Source of the DNA: an uncultured archaeon
GTDB lineage: Archaea; Micrarchaeota; Micrarchaeia; Micrarchaeales; CABMGC01
Assembly (NCBI GenBank): GCA_963704435.1
Contig: OY969902.1
Coordinates: forward strand, 480,001 to 512,000
Direction: 5' to 3'
Length of the DNA: 32,000 nt
Of this stretch, positions 5,926 through 14,956 are shown one piece after another (position 1 is the first letter of the stretch; the number at the start of each line of letters is the position of its first letter). The notes beneath the pieces were generated by a model that was not told where the DNA came from, did not search any database, and worked only from the letters and a program-made list of their open reading frames with translations. The position numbers and the translations under genes were made by a program.

Positions 5926-6423
5926 TTGCAGTATGCTGAGTTCGTCAAGGTCGAGAAGATACGTGGGATATTCGACAAGATAGCCTACGCGTCGTTGGCC
6001 CTGGACTTTGGCATAGCGATACTAACCCTGGTCTCGCTCAACACCTCCTTGCAATTCGGCAACATCCAGTTCACGCTGAACATGCTGCTTTCTGTGGAAG
6101 TGGTTGTAGTCGCTGTGCTGATGACTGCGATGCTGCTCCTGCACCACTACCAGAAGATACTCTTCAACCTCGCGGAATTCAGCAGGTCGATAAAAGGCGG
6201 CCCGCACGCAAAGATGGTGCACGTATGGCACAGGAAGCTCGCCATCGCCAAAATTAACTATGTGATGCTTGGCAGCCGGCACAAGAAGGGCCGGTCCGCG
6301 TTGGAGAGCGCTGAGGCCAGGCTCGGCAGGGCGCTGGCGGGCAACCAGCGCAAAGCGGGCAGGCCTGCGTGGCAGAAGTGGCTTGAGGGCGCCTTCGGAG
6401 TTCGACTTGCGCCAGCTCGGTGA
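5926..6423 (+). CDS. Hypothetical small membrane protein (two predicted TM helices, basic C-terminal tail)
   Basis: Hydrophobic stretches IAYASLALDFGIAILTLVSL and LLSVEVVVVAVLMTAMLLL. TATA-like CCTATATAAAGG lies about 35-45 nt upstream of the TTG start. No family recognised. Confidence 0.4.
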   Translation: MQYAEFVKVEKIRGIFDKIAYASLALDFGIAILTLVSLNTSLQFGNIQFTLNMLLSVEVVVVAVLMTAMLLLHHYQKILFNLAEFSRSIKGGPHAKMVHVWHRKLAIAKINYVMLGSRHKKGRSALESAEARLGRALAGNQRKAGRPAWQKWLEGAFGVRLAPAR

Positions 6424-6444
6424 ATTGCGATGCTTAAGTGCATC

Positions 6445-6453
6445 TTTTAAATA
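6445..6453 (+). promoter_or_regulatory. Putative TATA box for the DUF373 gene
   Basis: TTTTAAATA is centred about 26 nt upstream of the ATG at 6475 (leaderless). Confidence 0.45.
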
Positions 6454-6474
6454 CCCTTATTCCGAAGCAATATC

Positions 6475-7722
6475 ATGCCAAAGGGTAAGCTCAAGGCCGA
6501 GAAGAGCGAGAGGCTGCTCATACTCGTCGTGGACGTCGACAACGACCTCTACAGGAAGACGAGGATAGGCGGGCCGCTCATCGGCAGGGTGCAGAACCTC
6601 AACGGCGCGACTCAGCTGTCGCTGGCCGACCCCGAGGACACCGACGCTAACACGATGTTCCAGGCGGTCAAGATCTACGACGAGCTGAAGGACGAGGGAT
6701 ACTCGGTCAACATCGCGACGATAACCGGGGCCGAGAGCGAGGGCTATACCGCAGACAGGGAGATAGCCGCACAGCTCGACAAGGTGCTCGCGCAGGCCAA
6801 GGCCGACGCCTGCGTATTCGTAACCGACGGCGCGAGCGACGAGCGCTCGCTTCCGCTGATAGAGTCCAGGATAAAGATAAACAGCGTGAAGAGCATAACG
6901 GTCAAGCAGAGCAAGGCGCTGGAGAACACCTACTTCACGATTTTGGAGAAGCTCAAGGAGCCCCACTACGCCAGGATCGTCTTCGGCATACCCGCGATAC
7001 TGGCGCTGCTGTTCGCGCTAAGCTACGCTGCTGGCCTGGGCTGGCAGGTGCCGATAGCCATAATAGGCCTCTACCTGTTCGTCAAGGGATTCGGCCTCGA
7101 GGATACGCTCCTCGGGTCGTTCAAGGGATTCGGGTTCAGCATAGACCGCATGAGCTTCGTCTTCTACCTGACTTCGCTGGTGTTCCTCGTGGCAGGGATA
7201 TTCGTCGGGGCTAGCGACTACGTCGTGCAGCTGGCATCCACGGGCAACGCGGCGCTCGCGCTCGTGTACGGGATTGAGGGGCTGATGCTGCTTCTTCCGA
7301 TAATAATGATCCTGTTCCTCATCGGCAGGATAATAGACACAAGGTCGAGCAGGTACGTCTTCAGGAACTTCAGGTATGGGGTGTACGTCGGCTCGTCCAT
7401 CATCATATGGGTGCTGCTGTACTCCTTCACCGCGTGGTTCCTCGGACAGCTCTACTTCGGCCAGTTCCTGCTGTTCACGATCTGCGCGATAGCCATAGGG
7501 ATAGCGATATCCACGGTAACGGGCGCGCTGCGCACGCGGGTGCTCAGGACCAAGAGGCTGAAGAACAAGCTCGTGGTCAACGAGCTCGGGACGATGATAG
7601 GGAAGGTCGCGGGAATTGACCTGAAGAGGGGCAGCCTCATAATCAGCACAAGCTTCGGGAACCCGGTCAGGTACAGCGTCGACAGGATAGTCGAGATCGC
7701 CAACAAGATAGTCATAAAGTAA
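6475..7722 (+). CDS. DUF373-family archaeal integral membrane protein
   Basis: The N-terminal soluble domain LLILVVDVDNDLYRKTRIGGPLIGR...LSLADPEDTDANTMFQAVKIYDEL...VTDGASDE matches my recollection of DUF373/COG2237. It is followed by about 7 hydrophobic helices. Confidence 0.65.
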   Translation: MPKGKLKAEKSERLLILVVDVDNDLYRKTRIGGPLIGRVQNLNGATQLSLADPEDTDANTMFQAVKIYDELKDEGYSVNIATITGAESEGYTADREIAAQLDKVLAQAKADACVFVTDGASDERSLPLIESRIKINSVKSITVKQSKALENTYFTILEKLKEPHYARIVFGIPAILALLFALSYAAGLGWQVPIAIIGLYLFVKGFGLEDTLLGSFKGFGFSIDRMSFVFYLTSLVFLVAGIFVGASDYVVQLASTGNAALALVYGIEGLMLLLPIIMILFLIGRIIDTRSSRYVFRNFRYGVYVGSSIIIWVLLYSFTAWFLGQLYFGQFLLFTICAIAIGIAISTVTGALRTRVLRTKRLKNKLVVNELGTMIGKVAGIDLKRGSLIISTSFGNPVRYSVDRIVEIANKIVIK

Positions 7723-7767
7723 CGGATTTCCCGCGGCGTCCCGCTGACGGATCGGCGACCTAAAAGA

Positions 7768-7775
7768 TTTAAATA
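7768..7775 (+). promoter_or_regulatory. Putative TATA box for the ribosomal protein operon
   Basis: TTTAAATA lies about 40 nt upstream of the rnp1 ATG (7814). It overlaps a 14-bp perfect palindrome ATATCTATAGATAT (7773-7786). Confidence 0.45.
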
Positions 7776-7813
7776 TCTATAGATATAAGAACTACAATTG
7801 CGCTAACATAGGC

Positions 7814-8116
7814 ATGGACTGCGCAGACTACAACAACAGGAATATAGTGCTCAACGAGCTGATAGGGCTCAGGGCGCGTGTAGTCCGATGTTCTGACAGG
7901 AAACAAAACGGCCTAGAAGGCACAATCGTGGACGAGACGAAGAACACGCTGCTGATTGAGACCGACGGAAAATGCAGGAAGGTCGTGAAGGCCTCCTCGA
8001 CGTTTCGGTTCTACACCCGCGGCGGGTCGTTCGTCGTAGAAGGCAGGGAGATAAACTTCCGGCCCCACGAGCGCATAGAGAAGGCAATGAAGTTTTACAA
8101 GAGAAGGAAGCTGTGA
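7814..8116 (+). CDS. rnp1: RNase P protein component 1 (Rpp29/Pop4)
   Basis: ..LIGLRARVVRCSDRKQNGLEGTIVDETKNTLLIET.. is the typical Rpp29 core. It occupies the conserved position immediately upstream of S17. Confidence 0.85.
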   Translation: MDCADYNNRNIVLNELIGLRARVVRCSDRKQNGLEGTIVDETKNTLLIETDGKCRKVVKASSTFRFYTRGGSFVVEGREINFRPHERIEKAMKFYKRRKL

Positions 8117-8121
8117 TTTGA

Positions 8122-8421
8122 ATGGACTGCCATGATCCGAAGTGCCCGACGCACGGGAGCCTGAAGACGAGAGGCATGCACCTCTCCGGCCTAGTCGTAA
8201 GCGACAAGGCGAAGAAGACCGCGATAGTCGAGGTCAGCTACACTATCTACACCCACAAGTACGAGAGGTACCTCAGGAAGAGGTCGAGGGTGCAGGCGTA
8301 CAACCCGGAGTGCATCAACGCCAAGACCGGCGACGTCGTGAGCATCGGTGAGACGAGGAGGCTCAGCAAGACCAAGGCGTTCGTGGTTACCGGAATACTG
8401 AAGCCGAAGGTGTCGCAATGA
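8122..8421 (+). CDS. rps17: 30S ribosomal protein S17 (uS17)
   Basis: Sequence pattern (..GLVVSDKAKKTAIVEV...H.KYERY..R...AHNP.. type) and operon position. Confidence 0.9.
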   Translation: MDCHDPKCPTHGSLKTRGMHLSGLVVSDKAKKTAIVEVSYTIYTHKYERYLRKRSRVQAYNPECINAKTGDVVSIGETRRLSKTKAFVVTGILKPKVSQ

Positions 8422-8816
8422 AGGGACTGTCGACCAAGATATCGAAGACGCTCATACCGATGTCTACGCTAAACTGCGCGGACAACAGCGGCGCGGTCAT
8501 GTTCAGGATAATAAACAAGCTCGGCAAGGGCCACAGGCACGGGAGGCTTGCGGCTGCCGGGCTCTGCGACGTGGTCATCGCGAGCGTCATAAAGGGCTCT
8601 CCGACATACCTGAAGAAGCCTGTCCGCGTGGTGATCATAAGGCAGAGGGCAGCCATAAGGCGGCACAACGGGATGAGGCTGAAGTTCGAGGACAATGCAG
8701 GCATAATGATAGGCGAGGACAACCTCCCGATAGGCACGGAGGTGAAGGGCGCGATGGCCAGGGAGGTCGTCGAGCGGTTCGTCAAGACGGCGGGCATAGC
8801 CTCGAGGATAGTCTAG
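8418..8816 (+). CDS. rpl14: 50S ribosomal protein L14 (uL14)
   Basis: ..LNCADNSGA..., ..FEDNAGI.. motifs. Operon position. Confidence 0.93.
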   Translation: MKGLSTKISKTLIPMSTLNCADNSGAVMFRIINKLGKGHRHGRLAAAGLCDVVIASVIKGSPTYLKKPVRVVIIRQRAAIRRHNGMRLKFEDNAGIMIGEDNLPIGTEVKGAMAREVVERFVKTAGIASRIV

Positions 8817-8824
8817 GTGCGATC

Positions 8825-9190
8825 ATGATCAGGAGCGGAAAGCCGAGGAAGCAGCGGAAGTTCAGGTTCACCGCGCCGATGCACGTCAGGCAGAAGTTCG
8901 TGCACGTCCGGGTCGCCAAGGAGTTGGCGTCCAAGCTCGCGATGAAGAGGAGGAGCGTGGCTGTCAGGCGCGGCGACACCGTGAAGGTCATGAGCGGCGG
9001 AAGCAGGGGCAAGACCGGCAAGGTCCTGTCCGTCGACCTGAGGAGGGGCGCCATATTCATAGACGGGATAGCGCGGAAGAACGCGAAGGGCAAGGAGCAC
9101 CCCATAGCCGTGAAATCGTCTAACGTTTACGCGATAGACCTCGATCTCAGCGACAAGCTGAGGGGTCCGAGGATAGGCGCGAAGGTGTGA
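8825..9190 (+). CDS. rpl24: 50S ribosomal protein L24 (uL24)
   Basis: KPRKQRK..FTAPMH.., KOW motif RRGDTVKVMSGGSRGKTGKV. Operon position. Confidence 0.92.
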   Translation: MIRSGKPRKQRKFRFTAPMHVRQKFVHVRVAKELASKLAMKRRSVAVRRGDTVKVMSGGSRGKTGKVLSVDLRRGAIFIDGIARKNAKGKEHPIAVKSSNVYAIDLDLSDKLRGPRIGAKV

Positions 9191-9193
9191 TTC

Positions 9194-9877
9194 ATGGCCA
9201 GCAAGGGAAACAACAGGCACGTCAAGAGGCTCGCGGTCGGCACGTACCCGGGCATAGCCAGGAAGACCGCCACATATCTCATAAAGCCGAATCCTGGAAG
9301 GCACGACCTGAGGAACAGCGTCGCGCTGCTGGCCCTGATCAGGGACAAGCTGGACCTGGCTTCGCGCGCGAAGGAGGCGAGGGGCATGATCAACGGAGGC
9401 AAGATAGAGGTCAACGGCGCCGTGATCATGGACGAGAAGTATCCGGTAGGGTTCGGCGACATCGTGACGCTCAAGCCCACGGGGGAGTCATACTCCGTCG
9501 GGGTCAGGAAGAACGGCGCACTGACGATGGACAAGGTCGAGAAGAAGGCGGCCGAAAGGACCCTCAAGGTCATAGGGAAGTATGTCGTCAAGGGGAACAG
9601 GATGATGGTCAGGCTCTTCGACGGCTCGGCCGTCGAGTCCGCGAAGGGCGTCTCGGTCAACGATTCCGTTGTGCTCAGCAAGGGCAAGATATCGAAGGCG
9701 ATAAAGTTCGAGGAGGGCGCGAAGTGCCTCGTGATAAGGGGAACGCACGCGGCCAAGTCCGGAAAGATCAGTGAGATAGTGAAAGGGAGCGCGCTCCGCG
9801 AAGCGACCGTGAGGGTCGATGGCGCGGACGGGAAGTTCGAGACGACAGTAAGGAACGTGATGGTAGTCGGTGCGTGA
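9194..9877 (+). CDS. rps4e: 30S ribosomal protein S4e (eS4)
   Basis: N-terminal ..HVKRLA.., PNPGRH, central KOW-like region. Operon position. Confidence 0.92.
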   Translation: MASKGNNRHVKRLAVGTYPGIARKTATYLIKPNPGRHDLRNSVALLALIRDKLDLASRAKEARGMINGGKIEVNGAVIMDEKYPVGFGDIVTLKPTGESYSVGVRKNGALTMDKVEKKAAERTLKVIGKYVVKGNRMMVRLFDGSAVESAKGVSVNDSVVLSKGKISKAIKFEEGAKCLVIRGTHAAKSGKISEIVKGSALREATVRVDGADGKFETTVRNVMVVGA

Positions 9878-10398
9878 TTATGCCTAACCCGATGCAGGAG
9901 ATCTGCCTTGAGAAAGTGGTCGCGAACATGGGCATAGGCGCAGCCGAGGACAAGCAGGAGAACGCGAAGCAGCTCCTGAAGAAGCTCACGGGCAGGGAGG
10001 CCGCGCACACCAAGGCCAGGAAGAGGTTCCCGGCGTTCGGCATAAAGCAGGGCCAGATCATAGGGATGGTCGTGACGCTGAGGGGTGAGGAGGCAGACAA
10101 GTTCTTCAAGAGGGCGATCGAGGCTGTGGACGGCATCGTCCGGGAGAGCTCGATAGCGAACAACTCCGTGAACTTCGGGGTAAAGGAATACATATACTTC
10201 TCAGGGGTGAAGTACGACCCGAAGATCGGGATGCTCGGCCTCAACGTCAACGCGCTGTTCGCGAGGAAGGGCTCGCGGGTCGAGAGGCGGAGGATGAAGG
10301 CGGGCACCGTCGGGAAGAAGCACAGGGTGGTGTCGAGGGAGGAGATTGCCGCGCTGCTCGAGAAGAACTACAAGGCCAAGGTGGGCGGCGGGGAGTGA
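9874..10398 (+). CDS. rpl5: 50S ribosomal protein L5 (uL5)
   Basis: ..KVVANMGIG.., ..FGIKEYI.F..KYDP.IG..G.. pattern. Operon position. Confidence 0.92.
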   Translation: MIMPNPMQEICLEKVVANMGIGAAEDKQENAKQLLKKLTGREAAHTKARKRFPAFGIKQGQIIGMVVTLRGEEADKFFKRAIEAVDGIVRESSIANNSVNFGVKEYIYFSGVKYDPKIGMLGLNVNALFARKGSRVERRRMKAGTVGKKHRVVSREEIAALLEKNYKAKVGGGE

Positions 10399-10409
10399 GA
10401 GGGATTGCC

Positions 10410-10565
10410 ATGAAAACCAGCATAGAAGAGAGGTATAAGGGAAGGGGGCTGAGGAAGTGCAAGATCTGCGGCACCTCGAGGGGGCTCATAAGGTCCTACA
10501 AGCTTTACGTCTGCAGGCGCTGCTTCAGGGAAGTGGCGAAGAACATAGGTTTTGAGAAATTGTAG
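10410..10565 (+). CDS. rps14: 30S ribosomal protein S14 (uS14), zinc-ribbon type (51 aa, absent from the ORF track)
   Basis: Hand translation: [51 protein letters not shown]. It has CxxC...CxxC and sits in the expected position between L5 and S8. Confidence 0.88.
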   Translation: MKTSIEERYKGRGLRKCKICGTSRGLIRSYKLYVCRRCFREVAKNIGFEKL

Positions 10566-10573
10566 TGGTTGAT

Positions 10574-10957
10574 ATGCCAGACATACTCGCCGACGCGCTC
10601 AACAAGATAAAGGTGTACGAGAACACGGGAAGGGAGAGCTGCACCGTGGCCGCCACCCGCCTCGTGAAGAACGTGATGTCAACGCTCATGGAAAGCGGGT
10701 ACGTCACGAACTTCGAGGAGTTCACCGACGGGAAGTTCAAGAAGCTGCGCGTCACGCTGTCCAACAAGATAAACGACATAGGGGTCGTGAAGCCGAGGCA
10801 CGCCGTGGCGTTCGGCGAGTACCAGAAGTACGAGACGAAGTACATACCCAGCAAGGACTTCGGGATGCTGATAATCTCCACCTCGAAGGGCATAATGAGC
10901 AACAGCAAGGCGAAGGAGATGCGCATAGGCGGAAGGCTGATAGCCTACGTATACTAG
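10574..10957 (+). CDS. rps8: 30S ribosomal protein S8 (uS8)
   Basis: MPDILADALN.I.. N-terminus and ..GGRLIAYVY C-terminus. The track start GTG 10565 is also possible. Confidence 0.92.
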   Translation: MPDILADALNKIKVYENTGRESCTVAATRLVKNVMSTLMESGYVTNFEEFTDGKFKKLRVTLSNKINDIGVVKPRHAVAFGEYQKYETKYIPSKDFGMLIISTSKGIMSNSKAKEMRIGGRLIAYVY

Positions 10958-10967
10958 GGGTTTCAAG

Positions 10968-11498
10968 ATGCACGAATTCCAGCTTCCTAAGGATGTGAAG
11001 GCGAAGGTCTCCGAGGACGGTTCGGAGATAACCATCAGCGGGAAGCTTGGATCGACGACGAAGACCATCAACACGATGCTCCTGACGCTCAAGGTCGAGG
11101 GGGAGAGGGTCGTGCTTGAGGACGCCGCGAACAAGAAGCTCGCAAAGAAGGCGGACCTCGCCGGGAACTCGCTCTGCTCCGAGCTGAAATCGGCTGCGGA
11201 AGGCGTGGAGAAGGGAGTCGAGAGGAGGATGAAGGTCGTATACGCCCACTTCCCGATGACCGTGGAGGTCAAGGGCAAGGAGGTGCTCGTCAAGAACATC
11301 TTCGGGGAGAAGTACCCGAGGGTCGCGAGGATCATCGGGGACACGAAAGTCGAGGTCAAGGGCCAGGACGTGCACGTCACCGGCGTCGACGAGTACGACG
11401 TGGGGCAGACCACGGCGAACATAACTAAGCTGTCCGGGGCCAGGAACAAGGACTCGAGGGTCTTCCAGGACGGGATCTACGTTGTGAGGGAGGAATGA
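10968..11498 (+). CDS. rpl6: 50S ribosomal protein L6 (uL6)
   Basis: ..VYAHFPMTVEVKG..NIFGEKYPR.. and ..DSRVFQDGIYV.. motifs. Confidence 0.92.
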   Translation: MHEFQLPKDVKAKVSEDGSEITISGKLGSTTKTINTMLLTLKVEGERVVLEDAANKKLAKKADLAGNSLCSELKSAAEGVEKGVERRMKVVYAHFPMTVEVKGKEVLVKNIFGEKYPRVARIIGDTKVEVKGQDVHVTGVDEYDVGQTTANITKLSGARNKDSRVFQDGIYVVREE

Positions 11499-11938
11499 TC
11501 ATGGTCAAGAGAAAAGGACATCCGAAGTTCCAGGTGCCGAACTATGGCGCGAAGAACAGGAAGAGGGTGCCCCTGAGATGGAGGAAGCAGAGGGGCATAG
11601 ACAACAAGCAGAGGGTATACGTCAGGTGCCACGGCGCGTCGCCGAAGGTCGGCTACAAGAACGCGGCCGGGGTCAGGTTCGCGGGGCGCGACGGGGCGTT
11701 CAGGCTCCTTGTGTACAACGAGCGCGACCTGGAGACGTTCCCCAAGGGCAACTACGTGGCCGTGCTCGCGCACGGGCTGTCGAAGAGGAAGAGGGCGGCG
11801 CTGGAGAAGGCCGCGGACTCGAAGGGCATAGGAGTCGCAAACAAGACGAAGGTGAAGGAGGTAAAGGTCGGGGCTAAGCCTGAGAAGCAGTCGAAGGCCG
11901 ACGTCGCGGCGCACGAGGCGAAGGGGGCGAGACAATGA
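11495..11938 (+). CDS. rpl32e: 50S ribosomal protein L32e (eL32)
   Basis: ..WRKQRGIDNKQR..GY... motif and operon position. Confidence 0.88.
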   Translation: MIMVKRKGHPKFQVPNYGAKNRKRVPLRWRKQRGIDNKQRVYVRCHGASPKVGYKNAAGVRFAGRDGAFRLLVYNERDLETFPKGNYVAVLAHGLSKRKRAALEKAADSKGIGVANKTKVKEVKVGAKPEKQSKADVAAHEAKGARQ

Positions 11939-12414
11939 GCATAAAGCTTACGAAGAGAACCGCGGCCAGCATCCTCGAGAGGGGGGAGAGCGCGATAAGG
12001 ATCAGGCAGGGCGCGTTCGAGGAGGCCAAGAAGGCGATGACCCGGGACGACGTCAGGAAGCTGATAAGCAAGGGCGACGTCTTCGCGATGAAGGAGAAGG
12101 GCGAGGTCCACGCGAAGGCCAAGAGGCCGCCGAAGAGGAAGAGGGGCGCCGGGAAGAGGAAGGGCACCAGGAAGGCAAGGCAGGGAATCCCATGGACCAA
12201 GAAGGTCAGGTCGCAGAGGCTCCTGATCAGCAGGCTCAGGGTCATGGGCAAGGTCGACAGGAAGGTGTTCAGGAGATACTACCGCCTCGTGAAGGGCAAC
12301 TCGTTCCCTGACAAGAAGTCGCTGCTGCTGCACCTCGGGGACGAGGGCGTGAAGGTCAGCGACGACGAGCTGAAGCAGATAAACGAGTACGTGAGGAAGC
12401 TGTACAAGGGATGA
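11935..12414 (+). CDS. rpl19e: 50S ribosomal protein L19e (eL19)
   Basis: Basic KRKRGAGKRKGTRKAR core and operon position. Confidence 0.88.
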   Translation: MSIKLTKRTAASILERGESAIRIRQGAFEEAKKAMTRDDVRKLISKGDVFAMKEKGEVHAKAKRPPKRKRGAGKRKGTRKARQGIPWTKKVRSQRLLISRLRVMGKVDRKVFRRYYRLVKGNSFPDKKSLLLHLGDEGVKVSDDELKQINEYVRKLYKG

Positions 12415-12980
12415 TTATGCAAAGCGGAGCTGCTGTACCGAAGTTCAGGCGGAGGAAGGAGGGAGTGACCAACTACAAGAAGAGGCTCGCCCTCGTCAAG
12501 AGCGGGCTCGACAGGGTCGTGGTCCGGAAGAGCAACAGGAGGATAATCGGGCAGCTCGTAAGGTACGAGGAGAAGGGCGACGCCGTGCTGGCCCGTGCGG
12601 ACTCGGGGGAGCTCAAGGCGCTCTGCGGATGGCCGTCGAGGGCCAATAGGCCCACAGCCTACCTCACTGGGCTGCTCCTGGCTAAGAAGGCGAAGGGAGC
12701 GGGCGAGAGCGTCGTGCTCGACATAGGGCTGAGCTCGCCGGTCGAGGACTCGATACCATTCGTGTTCGCCAAGGGATGCGCCGACGGGGGCCTCAAGCTC
12801 ACCGGCACCTTTGAGATCGCGGAGAGCGTGTACGACGCGACGGGCATAGTCAAGTACGCGGAGGCGCTCGGGAAGTCGCAGCCTGATGCAGCGCACTTCA
12901 AGGAATACGCAAAGGAGACGAAGGTCGAGTCACTCCCGGAACTATTCAAGAAAGCAAAGGAAAAACTCATGAAAGGTTGA
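12411..12980 (+). CDS. rpl18: 50S ribosomal protein L18 (uL18)
   Basis: FRRRKEGVTNYKKRL..RVVVRKSN..I.GQL.. and ..TAYLTGLLLAKKA.. motifs. Confidence 0.9.
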   Translation: MIMQSGAAVPKFRRRKEGVTNYKKRLALVKSGLDRVVVRKSNRRIIGQLVRYEEKGDAVLARADSGELKALCGWPSRANRPTAYLTGLLLAKKAKGAGESVVLDIGLSSPVEDSIPFVFAKGCADGGLKLTGTFEIAESVYDATGIVKYAEALGKSQPDAAHFKEYAKETKVESLPELFKKAKEKLMKG

Positions 12981-12984
12981 TGAT

Positions 12985-13656
12985 TTGCCAGGCTACAAGG
13001 ATCGCGGAAGGTTCAGGAGAAGGGAGGAGGAGAGGGAGGTCTTCAGCATTGCCAACTGGCAGCCGAAGACGAAGCTCGGCGAGATGGTCAAGAGCGGCAG
13101 GATAACCAGCATAGAGCAGATCTTCACCAGCGGGAAGCTGATCAAGGAGGTCGAGATAATAGACGCGCTGCTGCCGGGGCTCGAGGGCAAGGTGCTGGAG
13201 ACCGCGGTCGTCCAGAGGATGACCAAGGACACCAGGAAGAGGAAGTTCAGGACCACCTACGTCGTCGGCGACAGGCACGGCCACATAGGCGTCGGGGTCG
13301 GAAAGGCCACCGAGGCCAGGCCGTCCACGGACGAGGCCATAAAGGACGCGAAGAGGAGGATCATAAGCATACGCATGGGATGCGGCTCGTGGGAGTGCAA
13401 CTGCGGCACGACGCACTCGCTGCCCATAACGCTCAGGGCGAAGGTGGGCACGTCCGAGATAACGCTGAAGCCGGCGCCAAGGGGAGTAGGCATAGTGGCA
13501 GGCAGGACCGCGAAGGTCGTGCTGGAGCTCGCCGGAGTCAAGGATGTCTGGACGTTCGCGAGGGGCAGGACGAGGGACATATACAACACTTCCATGGCGA
13601 CCTACATGGCGCTGAAGAGCCTCTCAAACATAAAGAACGCCGAGAAGCTGACCTGA
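12985..13656 (+). CDS. rps5: 30S ribosomal protein S5 (uS5)
   Basis: ..VVQRMTKDTRKRKFR..VVGD.. and GCGSWECNCG..HSLP.. archaeal S5 motifs. TTG start. Confidence 0.92.
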   Translation: MPGYKDRGRFRRREEEREVFSIANWQPKTKLGEMVKSGRITSIEQIFTSGKLIKEVEIIDALLPGLEGKVLETAVVQRMTKDTRKRKFRTTYVVGDRHGHIGVGVGKATEARPSTDEAIKDAKRRIISIRMGCGSWECNCGTTHSLPITLRAKVGTSEITLKPAPRGVGIVAGRTAKVVLELAGVKDVWTFARGRTRDIYNTSMATYMALKSLSNIKNAEKLT

Positions 13657-13664
13657 AGTCAAGT

Positions 13665-13672
13665 ATTATAAA
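13665..13672 (+). promoter_or_regulatory. Putative TATA box for the 5S rRNA
   Basis: ATTATAAA is centred about 26 nt upstream of the predicted 5S 5' end. Confidence 0.45.
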
Positions 13673-13691
13673 TTTAGTCCGCGCAATACAT

Positions 13692-13810
13692 TTGCCAAAC
13701 GGCCACAGGAGCAGGGTAACGCCCGAAAACATTCCGAACTCGGAAGCTAAGCTTGCTCGCGACAGGATATACTGCCTTCTTAGGCGGGAAAGCCCGTTGC
13801 TGTTTGGCAT
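13692..13810 (+). rRNA. rrf: 5S ribosomal RNA
   Basis: Conserved core CCCGAAAACATTCCGAACTCGGAAGCTAAGC, then ..ATACTGCC.. and ..GCGGGAAAGCC... The terminal helix pairs GCCAAAC (13694-13700) with GTTTGGC (13802-13808). The ends are approximate by a few nt. Confidence 0.85.
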
Positions 13811-13897
13811 TTGTCGTGACCTGTGCGCTTATTCTTATATTTTGCATGCCGACTAGCATGCGGTAATTCATTGGATGAGGGAAGGGTAAAGGAGATA

Positions 13898-14953
13898 ATG
13901 AGCCGGAAGGAGGAGCACATAGACATCTGCCTCGGCAGGCCCGTGAGTTTCACGAATTCCGGAACTCTTTTCGACTGCGTGCGCCTCCTGAACGAGGCCC
14001 TCCCGGAGATGGATCTCGACGATATAGACACGTCGACCACCTTCCTGGGCCACAAGTTCTCCGCTCCGCTGATGGCGGGCGCAATGACAGGAGGAGCCGA
14101 CCTCGCCAGCAAGATAAATCAGAACATAGCAGAGGCTGTCGAGGAACTCGGCCTGGGCATGGTCGTCGGAAGCCAGAGGGCCGGCCTGTACGACAAGGCG
14201 CTCGCGGATACCTATTCCATAACCAGGAAGAGCGCACCCAACGCGTTCATCGGATCGAACGTGGGCGGAGCGCAGCTGTCCGCCGGGCTAGGCGTCGAGG
14301 AATCGCGGACACTCCTGAAGATGCTGGATGCAGACGCGCTCTACGTGCACCTGAACCCGTTGCAGGAGGTGGTGCAGCCCGAGGGAGAGCCCAGCTACAA
14401 GGGCGTCGCGTCGAGGATAACGGAAATAGCGCGCGCGATTGACAAGCCCATAGTGGCCAAAGAGGTCGGCGCAGGCATATCAGGCAGGACCGCGAAGAGG
14501 CTGGAGTCCGCCGGGGTCAAGGCAGTAGAGGTCGCGGGGGGCGGAGGCGTGAGCTACTCCGCCGTGGAGTACTACAGAGCCGCAGAGCAGAAGATGCGCG
14601 CCAAAGAGGCCGCTGGAAAGCTGTTCTGGAACTGGGGCATACCGACAGCAGCCGCTGTCCGCATGGCCAGCAGAGCGGTCAAGATCCCGGTCATTGCGTC
14701 GGGAGGCATAAGGGACGGCCAGGAGATGGCCAAATCCATCGTACTGGGTGCGAGCATGTGCGCGACCGCACTTCCGCTCCTCAGGCCTGCGACCGTATCC
14801 AGCAGAAAGGTCAAGGAAACGCTGGAGCAGATGATCTACGAGTTGAAGGTCACGATGTTCTTGACAGGTTGCAAAAACCTTAATGATCTGGGGCGCGCGC
14901 CGTTCGCGATCACTGGAGAACTCAGAGACTTCCTCGACACCGTGAAAGAATAG
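13898..14953 (+). CDS. fni: Isopentenyl-diphosphate delta-isomerase, type 2 (FMN-dependent)
   Basis: MSRKEEHIDICL.., ..SAPLMAGAMTGG.., ..VGSQRA.., ..VAKEVGAGIS.., ..VAGGGG.., ..ASGGIRDG.. motifs. The start is taken at ATG 13898 (GGAG upstream) rather than the track's 13823, which overlaps terminator/promoter-like sequence. Confidence 0.88.
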   Translation: MSRKEEHIDICLGRPVSFTNSGTLFDCVRLLNEALPEMDLDDIDTSTTFLGHKFSAPLMAGAMTGGADLASKINQNIAEAVEELGLGMVVGSQRAGLYDKALADTYSITRKSAPNAFIGSNVGGAQLSAGLGVEESRTLLKMLDADALYVHLNPLQEVVQPEGEPSYKGVASRITEIARAIDKPIVAKEVGAGISGRTAKRLESAGVKAVEVAGGGGVSYSAVEYYRAAEQKMRAKEAAGKLFWNWGIPTAAAVRMASRAVKIPVIASGGIRDGQEMAKSIVLGASMCATALPLLRPATVSSRKVKETLEQMIYELKVTMFLTGCKNLNDLGRAPFAITGELRDFLDTVKE

Positions 14954-14956
14954 AGA

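Noticed and set aside
13538-13871. ORFs 13538-13810 (-) and 13674-13871 (-), and the 13380-13856 (+) frame.
   Set aside because: They overlap the S5 3' end and the 5S rRNA gene. The 5S core sequence is unambiguous.
13823-13897. Track start of the IDI-2 ORF at 13823. Similar upstream starts occur for L11 (16679) and the NDT-like gene (GTG 30699).
   Set aside because: The upstream extensions add non-conserved residues. They overlap promoter or terminator-like sequence or the neighbouring gene. Internal ATGs preceded by GGAG-like sequences coincide with the conserved protein N-termini.
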